From: Isoptericola halotolerans
Lineage (GTDB): Bacteria > Actinomycetota > Actinomycetes > Actinomycetales > Cellulomonadaceae
Direction of reading: 5' to 3'
Length of the DNA stretch: 64,000 nt
Assembly: GCF_013149785.1 (NCBI RefSeq)
Contig: NZ_JABEZU010000001.1
Location: 1,550,001 to 1,614,000, forward strand
The notes beneath the pieces were generated by a model. The model had not been told where the DNA came from, made no database searches, and saw nothing but the letters and a program-made list of their open reading frames with translations. The position numbers and the translations under genes were made by a program. This document shows positions 9,121 through 17,540 of this stretch, one piece after another (the stretch's first letter is position 1; every line of letters starts with the position of its first letter).

Positions 9121-10277
9121 GCCGGCCGCGTTCCGTGCTGCACGGGCTGCGCCGACTCCTGCGCGGCGCAGGCCTGGTGCTCCTGCTGGTCCTGGTCGTG
9201 GCCTTCACGGCGATCTTCGTCTCGTTGCGTCTGCTGACGACCGAGGCGGACGCCGAGACCATCGCCCTCGCCCGCCGGTGGAACGAGGTGGTGCTGGTCG
9301 TCGTGGGCGTGCTCGGCGTCGTGTCGGTGGTGCTGGGCTGGATGGTCTGGCAGGCGGTGCAGCGCGGGGTGACGGCACCGCTCGGCACGCTCGCGGCCGA
9401 GGTCCGCAAGGCCAGCAGGGGGGAGCACGACCACGAGATCCCACGGGTCGGCACCGGCGAGGTCGCCGCGCTGAGCAGCGATGTCGAGGACATGCGCCGT
9501 GAGCTGGTCCAGCAGGTCGCCGAGGCGCGCGGGGCGCACGCCGAGGCCGAGGACGCGCAGGTGCGGCTGCTGGAGCAGGCCAGAGAGCTGGAGCGCTCGA
9601 ACCGCGACCTCGAGCAGTTCGCCTACGTCGCCTCGCACGACCTGCAGGAACCGCTGCGCAAGGTCGCCAGCTTCACCCAGCTGCTGCAGAAGAGGTACGG
9701 GGGCCAGCTCGACGACCGGGCCGACCAGTACATCGCCTTCGCGGTGGACGGTGCGCACCGGATGCAGCGGCTCATCCAGGACCTGCTGAGCTTCTCTCGT
9801 GTCGGACGGTCGGGGGCGGCCCCGGAGGACGTCGACCTCGGTGCCCTGATGGGCCAGGTCCTGGCAGACCTCTCCGACCGGGTCGAGGAGGAGGGCGCCG
9901 AGGTCACGTACGACTCGTTGCCAGTGGTCCGCGGCGAGCGGGGGCTGCTCCTCCTGCTGCTGCGCAACGTGGTGGGCAACGCGCTGAAGTTCCGGCACCC
10001 GGACCGGGTTCCCCGCGTCCACGTCTCGGCCGAGCCGACGGCCGGCGGCGCCTGGGAGCTGTCGTGCCGTGACAACGGCATCGGCATCGACCCGCAGTAT
10101 GCCGAGCGGGTCTTCGTCATCTTCCAGCGGCTGCACCCCAAGGAGGTGTACAGCGGCACCGGGATCGGGCTGGCCCTGGTCAAGAGGGTCGCGGAGCATC
10201 ACGGGGGTCGGGTGTGGATCGACACCGGCGCCACGCAGGGGACGACGATCCGGTGGACGCTCCCCGGGTCCGCATAG
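9117..10277 (+). CDS. Membrane sensor histidine kinase (2 TM, HAMP, HisKA, HATPase; phytochrome-type kinase core)
   Basis: FAYVASHDLQEPLRKV H-box, NVVGNALKF, DNGIGI, FQRLH, GTGIGL; GTG overlaps upstream stop (GTGA). Confidence 0.92.
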   Translation: MSRPRSVLHGLRRLLRGAGLVLLLVLVVAFTAIFVSLRLLTTEADAETIALARRWNEVVLVVVGVLGVVSVVLGWMVWQAVQRGVTAPLGTLAAEVRKASRGEHDHEIPRVGTGEVAALSSDVEDMRRELVQQVAEARGAHAEAEDAQVRLLEQARELERSNRDLEQFAYVASHDLQEPLRKVASFTQLLQKRYGGQLDDRADQYIAFAVDGAHRMQRLIQDLLSFSRVGRSGAAPEDVDLGALMGQVLADLSDRVEEEGAEVTYDSLPVVRGERGLLLLLLRNVVGNALKFRHPDRVPRVHVSAEPTAGGAWELSCRDNGIGIDPQYAERVFVIFQRLHPKEVYSGTGIGLALVKRVAEHHGGRVWIDTGATQGTTIRWTLPGSA

Positions 10278-10286
10278 GGTGGCGGG

Positions 10287-10727
10287 ATGACTGAGCAGCA
10301 GGTCGGCATCGAGGTCCTCCTCGTCGAGGACGATCCGGGTGACGTCCTCATGACGCGTGAGGCGTTCGCCGAGCACAAGGTCGCGAACCGGCTCTCGGTG
10401 GTCTCCGACGGTGTGAGCGCGATGGAGTTCCTGCGGCGCGAGGGCGACCACGCCGAGGCGCCCCGACCGGACCTCGTCCTGCTCGACCTCAACCTGCCGC
10501 GCATGGACGGCCGTGAGGTGCTGGCGCTGGTCAAGGAGGACCCGGTGCTCAAGCACATCCCGGTGGTCGTGCTGACCACGTCCGAGGCGGAGGAGGACGT
10601 GCTGCGCTCCTACGCGCTGCACGCCAACGCCTACGTGACCAAGCCGGTGGACTTCGAGCGGTTCATCGACGTCGTGCAGCAGATCGACGACTTCTTCCTC
10701 TCGGTGGTGCGGCTCCCGCGGCACTGA
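10287..10727 (+). CDS. Single-domain response regulator (Rcp1-like)
   Basis: [34 protein letters not shown]. Confidence 0.92.
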   Translation: MTEQQVGIEVLLVEDDPGDVLMTREAFAEHKVANRLSVVSDGVSAMEFLRREGDHAEAPRPDLVLLDLNLPRMDGREVLALVKEDPVLKHIPVVVLTTSEAEEDVLRSYALHANAYVTKPVDFERFIDVVQQIDDFFLSVVRLPRH

Positions 10728-10732
10728 CCACG

Positions 10733-10760
10733 GGAAGAACCTGGGGCTCCACCTGGTTGA
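10733..10760 (+). promoter_or_regulatory. Putative SigR/SigH-type ECF promoter for the PAC2 gene
   Basis: GGAAG-N18-GTTGA. Confidence 0.6.
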
Positions 10761-10805
10761 CGCTCGTGCGACGCCGACGCGTCGCTGTCGAGACGAGGAG
10801 GCACG

Positions 10806-11741
10806 GTGCTGGACCCCCAGGGGATCTACGAGGTCGACGACGAGGCGCTCGCGCGCACGCTGGGTGACGAGACGTCCCTCGCCGGCGAGCCGTCCGGACC
10901 GGTGCTCGTCCATGCGCTACGAGGATTCGTCGACGCCGGCGCGGCCGGCGAGATCGCGGTCGAGCACCTGGTCGAACGGTTCGCCGTCACCCGCCTGGTC
11001 ACGTTCGACGTCGACCGCCTGGTCGACTACCGGTCCCGCCGACCGGCGATGACGTTCGACGCGGACCGGTGGGCCGACTACGACGAGCCGTCGCTCGTGC
11101 TGGACCACCTCACCGACGACGAGGGGGCAGGATTCCTCCTGCTGCACGGGATCGAGCCGGACCTGCAGTGGGAGCGGGTCGCTGCCGCGGTGCGCGAGCT
11201 CGTGGAGCGGTTCGGGGTCTCGTTGACGGTCGGCGTGCACGGTATCCCCATGGGGGTGCCCCACACCCGCCCGCTGTCGTTGACGGCCCACGGGACCCGC
11301 GAGGGCCTCGTGGAGGACTACACGTCGTTCTTCGGGCGCGTCCGGGTCCCGGGTGCGCTCGCCGCCCTGCTGGAGCTGCGCCTGGGGCAGACGGAGCACG
11401 ACGCGCTGGGCGTGACGGTGCACGTCCCGCACTACCTGGCGCAGTCTCGCTACGTGCCGGCCGCCGTCGTCGCGCTGCAGCACGTCGAGAAGGCCACCGG
11501 GCTGGCGCTCGGGACGTCGGCGATGGCCGAGGCCGCGACCGAGGCGCAGGTGGAGGTCGCCGAGCTGGTGGCGCAGAACGAGGAGGTCGCGGCCGTGGTG
11601 CACCAGCTCGAGGAGCAGTACGACGCCTTCACCCGGTCCGTCGGCCGGACGAACCTGCTGGCCGAGGACGCCGCGCTGCCGACGGCCGAGGAGCTCGGCG
11701 CCGAGTTCGAGAGGTTCCTCGCCCAGCGGGACGAGGGCTGA
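10806..11741 (+). CDS. PAC2 (proteasome assembly chaperone 2-like) family protein
   Basis: [50 protein letters not shown]. Confidence 0.9.
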   Translation: MLDPQGIYEVDDEALARTLGDETSLAGEPSGPVLVHALRGFVDAGAAGEIAVEHLVERFAVTRLVTFDVDRLVDYRSRRPAMTFDADRWADYDEPSLVLDHLTDDEGAGFLLLHGIEPDLQWERVAAAVRELVERFGVSLTVGVHGIPMGVPHTRPLSLTAHGTREGLVEDYTSFFGRVRVPGALAALLELRLGQTEHDALGVTVHVPHYLAQSRYVPAAVVALQHVEKATGLALGTSAMAEAATEAQVEVAELVAQNEEVAAVVHQLEEQYDAFTRSVGRTNLLAEDAALPTAEELGAEFERFLAQRDEG

Positions 11742-11759
11742 CCGGCCAGCGACGGAGCC

Positions 11760-11784
11760 GTCACTCCGTGCGCGTCGGAGTGAC
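11760..11784 (+). terminator. Hairpin after PAC2 gene
   Basis: GTCACTCCG-N7-CGGAGTGAC. Confidence 0.5.
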
Positions 11785-11905
11785 CCGTGCCACACTGTCG
11801 GGCGTCGCACCTGCTCACCGGCGTACGGCCGGCTCCGCGGGCCGGTGCGTCGGCGGGTGCCCGTCCGGTGCACCCGTGCATCGGACGGAAGGTCGAAGGA
11901 TCAGC

Positions 11906-12109
11906 ATGGCGCAGGGTTCTGTGAAGTGGTTCAACTCCGAGAAGGGCTACGGGTTCATCGCCCAGGACGGCGGCGGCGCCGACGTCTTCGTCCACTACTC
12001 GGAGATCCAGACGCAGGGGTACCGCACGCTCGACGAGGCCCAGCGCGTCGAGTTCGAGATCGCCCAGGGTCCGAAGGGCCCGCAGGCGGAGCAGGTCGTC
12101 CCGCTCTGA
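11906..12109 (+). CDS. Cold-shock protein (CspA family)
   Basis: [18 protein letters not shown] (RNP1), DVFVHYS (RNP2), KGPQA. Confidence 0.97.
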   Translation: MAQGSVKWFNSEKGYGFIAQDGGGADVFVHYSEIQTQGYRTLDEAQRVEFEIAQGPKGPQAEQVVPL

Positions 12110-12125
12110 CCTGCAGCAGCTTGAC

Positions 12126-12161
12126 GAGGGGTCGTCGCCCAGCACGGGGCGACGACCCCTC
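12126..12161. terminator. 15-bp-stem hairpin between convergent genes
   Basis: GAGGGGTCGTCGCCC-N6-GGGCGACGACCCCTC. Confidence 0.8.
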
Positions 12162-12166
12162 CTGCG

Positions 12167-13048
12167 TCAGGCGCCCAGCCCTGCGAAGCGGGCGACGTCG
12201 TCGGTCGTGAGCAGCCGCGCGGGGACCGGCAGGCTGCGCAGGGCACGAGCGAGTCCCGCGTCGCGCAGGTCGACGGACTCCGTGTCGCCGGTCGCGCGGT
12301 CGTCGGGGGCGCGGACGGCGGCCAGCACCACGTTGCCGTACCGGCGGCCCTTGAGGACCGAGGGCTCCGCGACGAGACCGAGCCGGCCCGACCTGGCGCT
12401 GTCCGTCCCGAAGGCGTCGGCGAGCGAGGACGCCTCCTGGCGGGCGAGCCGGAGCGGTGGGCGGTCGGCGCAGTTGACGAGCAGGACGCCCCCGGGGCGC
12501 AGCACCCGTCGGGCGGCCTCGGCGAACTCGCCGCCGACGAGGTGGTCGGGCGTCCGGTCGCCGTCGAACACGTCGCGCACGACGACGTCGAACGATGCGT
12601 CGGGCAGCCCGGCCAGCGCACGGCCGGCGTCCTCGGCGCGCAACCGCAGACGCGGCGACCGCGGAAGGTCGAACCACTGGCGCACGAGTGTGAGGAGGTG
12701 TGCGTCGACGTCGATCCCGAGCTGGCGCGAGTCGGGTCGCACGTGCTCGACCTGGCGCGGCAGGGCGCACCCTGCGGCGCCCAGGTGCAGGGCACGGACG
12801 GGGCCCGGGGGGAGCAGCTCGATCACCGCCGCCATCTGCTGGAGGTACTCGAAGGCGAGGAACCCGGGGTCGGCGAGGTCGAGGCACGAGCTCGGCACCC
12901 CGTTGACGTGCAGGGTCAGCCGCGCCGGATGGTCCGGGTCGTGCTCGACGTGCGCCGTGCCGGTGTCGATCTGCACGGGTCCGGCGGGAACTGTCGGTGC
13001 CTCGCGGGAGGATCTCTGAGGACGGGTCGTGCGGGAACGGCGGGCCAT
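12167..13048 (-). CDS. Spermidine-synthase-like SAM-dependent methyltransferase-fold protein
   Basis: LAFEY, ALHLGAAGCAL, FDVVVRDVF, VLRPGGVLLVN, GRRYGNVVL. Confidence 0.8.
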   Translation of the reverse strand: MARRSRTTRPQRSSREAPTVPAGPVQIDTGTAHVEHDPDHPARLTLHVNGVPSSCLDLADPGFLAFEYLQQMAAVIELLPPGPVRALHLGAAGCALPRQVEHVRPDSRQLGIDVDAHLLTLVRQWFDLPRSPRLRLRAEDAGRALAGLPDASFDVVVRDVFDGDRTPDHLVGGEFAEAARRVLRPGGVLLVNCADRPPLRLARQEASSLADAFGTDSARSGRLGLVAEPSVLKGRRYGNVVLAAVRAPDDRATGDTESVDLRDAGLARALRSLPVPARLLTTDDVARFAGLGA

Positions 13049-13089
13049 GGGACCAGTCTCCCTCGCCGGGCCTCTTCTCCGGGGCGGCC

Positions 13090-13118
13090 TTGACAGGATC
13101 GAACAGGCGTTCGAAGAT
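13090..13118 (+). promoter_or_regulatory. Promoter with embedded perfect LexA box
   Basis: TTGACA (13090-13095)-N17-GAAGAT (13113-13118); TCGAAC-AGGC-GTTCGA at 13099-13114. Confidence 0.9.
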
Positions 13119-13158
13119 GCGGTGAGGAGGGTCCCCCCGCGTGGTCAGGAGGTGCGCG

Positions 13159-13590
13159 ATGACAGCACGAGGCGGTGTACCGGTGCCCCAGCGTGTGGAG
13201 AGCCTGCTGGTGCGGGCGGACGCGGAGCTGGCGGCGGCCGTCCTCGCCACGGATCCGGGCGAGCGGTTCGTCCACGCCCACCTGGCGGCGCTGCGCTCGG
13301 CGGCGGCGGTGGTCGCGCTCCGCGGGGACGCGCCGCGCGGTCGGGCTCGCGCCGTCTGGGACCTGCTGGCGCGCATGGAGCCGGAGCTGGCGGCGTGGGG
13401 TGTCTACTTCGCCTCGGGGGCGCGACTTCGTGCTGCCGTGGATGCCGGGCTCGGCGACGAGGTGTCGCCGGCGCGCGCGGACGAGCTGCTGGCGTGCGCC
13501 GAGGACTTCCGCGACGAGGTCGGGCTGAGGGTGGACCCGGCGGCAGGGTTCGCGCTGCGGTCGACGCGGGCCGCGACGGCGGCCTCGTGA
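13159..13590 (+). CDS. SAV_6107-family HEPN-domain protein
   Basis: ERFVHAHLAALRSAAAV, WDLLARMEPELAAWGVYFASGARLRAAVDAG, ADELL..AEDF match the family pattern; AGGAGGT RBS. Confidence 0.8.
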   Translation: MTARGGVPVPQRVESLLVRADAELAAAVLATDPGERFVHAHLAALRSAAAVVALRGDAPRGRARAVWDLLARMEPELAAWGVYFASGARLRAAVDAGLGDEVSPARADELLACAEDFRDEVGLRVDPAAGFALRSTRAATAAS

Positions 13591-14837
13591 GCCGTGGCCC
13601 GCGCTCTGCCGCCGTCCGGCGCGACTGGGGTCAGGACGAGGACGGGGCCTGCGTCCTGCACGTCGACATGGACGCCTTCTTCGCGTCGGTCGAGCTGAGG
13701 CGTCGTCCCGAGCTGCGCGGCCGCCCGGTGATCGTCGGTGGGCGCGAACGGGGGGTGGTGCTGGCGGCCACCTATGAGGCGAGAGCCTACGGCGTCCGGT
13801 CGGCGATACCGATGTCACATGCCCTGCGACGGTGCCCGGAGGCGGTCGTCGTTCCCCCCGACCACAGGCTCTACCGTGACGTCTCCCGGTCGGTCATGGC
13901 GATGCTGGGGGACGTGACGGCGGTGGTCGAGCAGGTCTCCGTCGACGAGGCCTTCCTCGACGTCGCCGGTGCTCGGCGCCGCCTCGGGCCGCCGACGCGG
14001 ATCGGGGCCGCCCTGCGCGAGCGGGTGCGCACGGAGCACGGCATCACGTGCTCGGTCGGCATCGGCCGGAACAAGCTGGTCGCCAAGCTGGCCTCGACCC
14101 ACGCCAAGCCGGACGGGATGCTGCTGGTGCCGGCGTCGGCGACGGAGGCCTTCTTGCGGGAGCTGCCGGTCGGCGCGTTGTGGGGCGTGGGGGAGAAGAC
14201 GGAACAGGTGCTGGCGCGGTGGGGCATCACGACGGTGGCCGGGCTGGCGGACACCGAGCTGGACATCCTGCAGGCGGCGGTCGGCAAGGTCACCGGCGCG
14301 CACCTGCACGACCTGGCGTGGGGGAGGGACCCGCGGCCCGTCGTCGCCGGACGGGCCGAGCGCAGCATCGGTGCGGAGTCGACGTTCGGGCAGGACGTGC
14401 GCGACCTCGACGAGGTGGCTCGTCGGTTGCGCGAGCTGTGCGACCGCGTGGCAGGTCGGCTGCGGCGGCAGGGCCTCGTCGCGCGCACGGTCGCGCTGAA
14501 GGTCCGCACGAGCGACTTCCGGACGATGACCCGGGCACGCACGCTCGACGTACCCACCGACGTGGCTCAGGAGGTCTATGGCGTCGCGCGCGAGCTGCTC
14601 GGCGCGGTCGATCTGGGAGGTCTGCCGGTGCGCCTGGTGGGGGTGCGAGGAGAGAACCTGCGCGAGCGCGCCGACCTCAGCTCGCAGCCCACGCTCTTCG
14701 ACCAGGACGGGGCGCAGCACGGTGCCCGTCGCGAGGCGGAGCTCGCCGTCGACGCCGTCCGAGAGCGGTTCGGGTCGGCGGTCATCGCTCTGGGGACCCC
14801 GTCGACTACCGTCGGGCGCTCAGCAGGCATATCCTAG
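13587..14837 (+). CDS. dinB: DNA polymerase IV (Y family)
   Basis: LHVDMDAFFASVE, YEARAYGVRS, SVDEAFLD, AKLAS..AKPDG, LWGVG, little-finger domain; GTG overlaps HEPN stop (GTGA). Confidence 0.96.
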   Translation: MSRGPRSAAVRRDWGQDEDGACVLHVDMDAFFASVELRRRPELRGRPVIVGGRERGVVLAATYEARAYGVRSAIPMSHALRRCPEAVVVPPDHRLYRDVSRSVMAMLGDVTAVVEQVSVDEAFLDVAGARRRLGPPTRIGAALRERVRTEHGITCSVGIGRNKLVAKLASTHAKPDGMLLVPASATEAFLRELPVGALWGVGEKTEQVLARWGITTVAGLADTELDILQAAVGKVTGAHLHDLAWGRDPRPVVAGRAERSIGAESTFGQDVRDLDEVARRLRELCDRVAGRLRRQGLVARTVALKVRTSDFRTMTRARTLDVPTDVAQEVYGVARELLGAVDLGGLPVRLVGVRGENLRERADLSSQPTLFDQDGAQHGARREAELAVDAVRERFGSAVIALGTPSTTVGRSAGIS

Positions 14838-14875
14838 GGGTAGGCCACGAAACTACAGCGAGATCGGGGGGCCCG

Positions 14876-15283
14876 ATGCCTCTGTCCGAGTACGAGCAGC
14901 GCGTGCTGGAGCAGATGGAGCGCGCGCTGGAGAGCGACGACCCCCGGCTGGCTACGACGCTCCAGCGGTCCAGCCATCGATCCCCCCTGCGCTACGTCCT
15001 GGCCGGGTTGTGCGTAGTCCTGGGACTGGTGCTGCTGGTCATCGGTGTGGCGTCGTCGCTGACGCTGCTCGGGGTGGCCGGCTTCGTTCTGATGTTCGCC
15101 GGGGTGGTGTACGCCTTCTCGGCCCCCCGCAAGAAGGGTCCGCAGGGCGTCGTCGGTGCCGACGGCACGGTGCACCCGTCCTCCGCGAAGCAGCAGCCGG
15201 GTTCGTCCTCGGCGAAGGGTCCGGGTTTCCTCACCCGGCTCGAGGAGCGCTGGGACCGTCGTCGTGAGCAAGGGCGCGGGTGA
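14876..15283 (+). CDS. DUF3040 family membrane protein
   Basis: MPLSEYEQRVLEQMERAL..DDP, two TM helices, C-terminal RLEERWDRR. Confidence 0.88.
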   Translation: MPLSEYEQRVLEQMERALESDDPRLATTLQRSSHRSPLRYVLAGLCVVLGLVLLVIGVASSLTLLGVAGFVLMFAGVVYAFSAPRKKGPQGVVGADGTVHPSSAKQQPGSSSAKGPGFLTRLEERWDRRREQGRG

Positions 15284-15308
15284 GGTTCGGCGTTCGTGAG
15301 AAGGGGCG

Positions 15309-17540
15309 CTAGTCCCGGCTCGCCAGCTGCTCGGTGACCCTGGTCGCCACCTCGGCGAGGTCCGGTCCCTGGTTGTCGGTCTGCTCGGTCGGGGAGGCGT
15401 ACCGCGACCGCTCGACCGCGAGGGCCAGGGTCTCCAGGTCTTCACGAATCTGCGTCGGGGCCTGGCCCCGCCTGTGCTCGACGGCGTCGATCACGGCCTG
15501 CGGAGCCTGACGAGGGGTCGTGGGAGCGGGAAGCGTGACGCCGTCCCGCTCGAGCGTGGTGATCACGCGCTGCCAGGCGCTCTCGGCGTCCACCGGTCCC
15601 GTGGCGCGCCGACGTCGCCGCCAGAGGAACGCGGCGCTCCAGCCCCCCGCGACGAGGGTGATCGCGACGAGGATCCAGACCCACGCCGGCGCGGCGTCAC
15701 CCGGCTCGGGGCCGACGGCGACCGCCGGCTCTGTCGGGGCCGCGGTGGTCTCCTCCGGCTCGGGTCGCTCGGCGGCAGGTGGTGGCAGCTCCTGCGGCTG
15801 GTCCGCGGGAGCGGGTGCCGCAGCCGTGGCGGTCGTGTACTCGGGTGCCGCACCGGTCTGCGTCGCCGGCGTCGGCTCGAAGCGGACCCAGCCGATCTGG
15901 TCGAAGTAGAGCTCGGGCCAGGCGTGCGACTCCTGCCCGGTCACCTGCCAACGCTCCTCCCCGGTGGCGGGCTCCTCGACGGAGTCGCCGGGGAGGAAGC
16001 CGACGCCGAGGCGCGTGGGGATGCCCAGGGTGCGCGCCATGACCGACATCGTGGTCGCGAACTGGACGCAGTACCCGGTGCGATGCTGCAGGAAGTCCCA
16101 GACCGGGTCGCCCGTGCCGCCTCGGGGCAGCTGCGTGGAATAGGTGAACGTGGCGGGGTCGCGCAACCACTGCTGGAGTGCGACGGCCTGGTCGTAGGCG
16201 TTGTCGGTGCCGGCGACGACGTCGGCGGCGATCGCCGCCACCTCCTCCGAGTGCTCGGTGTCCGGGACCGCGAGGTAGGCGTCCTCGGCGACGCCAGGGC
16301 CGGCGTCGCGCAGGCGCTCGGGGTCGAGCTCCCGGTGGCGCACCCCGAGCACGTAGACGTCGCCCACGTCGGTCCGGTCGCCGACGACCTCGTCGCGCAG
16401 CGGGTCGTAGCCCCACGTCCCACCGGCATCGACACGCCGCGGCTCGACCGTCACGGGGAGCTGGTCGTCGCGCAGCGCCCCCACGGTGACGGCCACGTCC
16501 TGACGGCTTCCCAGGGTGCCCGTGTCCAGGTCGTCGGGCCAGAGCAGCGACTGCGCCTCGAACGGTTGGCCCGAGCGCTCCTCACCACGCTGCCAGCGGC
16601 GACCGTCGAAGGCGGTCGCCGTGTACGTGCGCAGCGGCCCGAGGTCCTGGCCGTCGCCGGTGTACGTCAGCACCACCTCGTGGGAGCGTTCGGTGAGGCT
16701 GCTCAGGACGTCGAGGTCCTCCGCGAGCTGGATCGTGTCGCCCGTCGTCGTGAAGCTCTGGTACCAGGCACCCGCGTACCCGGGCAGGTTGCTCGAGGCG
16801 GCGGCGACGCCGCCCGCGGCGACGGCGACCACCACGGCGACGGCGGTCGTCGTGACGGCTCGGGCGCCCTCGGCGCGGCGAACGGGAGCGGGCGGGCGTT
16901 CGGTGCGCGCCGGCCTGCGGTCGTCGATCGAGACCGACAGGATCAGCAGCAGGGAGGCGACCACCACGACGAAGACGGCGGTGGGCACCTCGCCGACCAG
17001 CACGAGCGGCGGGCACCAGAGGGCCAGCAGGGGCAGACCGGCCGCAGCGGGCCAGCGCAGGCCACCCACCAGCGCGTCCGCCAGCAGGAGCACCGCGAGC
17101 GTCCCCCCGACGGCCAGCAGGGCGATCGGCAGCGTCCCGGGCACCGGCGCCACCTCGGAGCGGATGACATCGCCGGCGTCACCGAGGCGGTCGACCACCC
17201 GGCCCAGGCTGTCGGGGCCCACCACGAGCTGCGGCCGGGACGTCGGAGCGCCGAAGTGCGCCGAGACGTACCACGAGGCCACGAGGGCGCCGGCGAGGGT
17301 GGGGACCGCCGACCCCGCTCCTGCGTCGTGGTGGCCCCGCCGTCGGGAGCGTCGGTCCAGCAGGATGCGGGCCGTGCCGGTCGACAGGGCCACGGCCATG
17401 ACACCGACGAGGCCGGTGCGGACCCAGTCGCCGGGCAGCACCAGTGCGGTCAGGGCGAGCATCGACGCGGCGACCGCGACCGCCACGAGGGCGGACGTGG
17501 CAGCGATCCGGGCAGCGGGGCCCGCGTACGCGGGGATCAT
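15309..17540 (-). CDS. Membrane transglutaminase-like protein (TgpA/DUF3488 type)
   Basis: Multi-TM N-terminus, GYCVQFA, ARTLGIPTR, HAWPE, GWVRFEPTP, C-terminal TM; ATG overlaps DUF58 stop. Confidence 0.9.
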   Translation of the reverse strand: MIPAYAGPAARIAATSALVAVAVAASMLALTALVLPGDWVRTGLVGVMAVALSTGTARILLDRRSRRRGHHDAGAGSAVPTLAGALVASWYVSAHFGAPTSRPQLVVGPDSLGRVVDRLGDAGDVIRSEVAPVPGTLPIALLAVGGTLAVLLLADALVGGLRWPAAAGLPLLALWCPPLVLVGEVPTAVFVVVVASLLLILSVSIDDRRPARTERPPAPVRRAEGARAVTTTAVAVVVAVAAGGVAAASSNLPGYAGAWYQSFTTTGDTIQLAEDLDVLSSLTERSHEVVLTYTGDGQDLGPLRTYTATAFDGRRWQRGEERSGQPFEAQSLLWPDDLDTGTLGSRQDVAVTVGALRDDQLPVTVEPRRVDAGGTWGYDPLRDEVVGDRTDVGDVYVLGVRHRELDPERLRDAGPGVAEDAYLAVPDTEHSEEVAAIAADVVAGTDNAYDQAVALQQWLRDPATFTYSTQLPRGGTGDPVWDFLQHRTGYCVQFATTMSVMARTLGIPTRLGVGFLPGDSVEEPATGEERWQVTGQESHAWPELYFDQIGWVRFEPTPATQTGAAPEYTTATAAAPAPADQPQELPPPAAERPEPEETTAAPTEPAVAVGPEPGDAAPAWVWILVAITLVAGGWSAAFLWRRRRRATGPVDAESAWQRVITTLERDGVTLPAPTTPRQAPQAVIDAVEHRRGQAPTQIREDLETLALAVERSRYASPTEQTDNQGPDLAEVATRVTEQLASRD

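Noticed and set aside
13159..13590. HEPN gene as half of a HEPN-MNT toxin-antitoxin pair
   Set aside because: No adjacent minimal nucleotidyltransferase, and the canonical C-terminal Rx4-6H motif is missing
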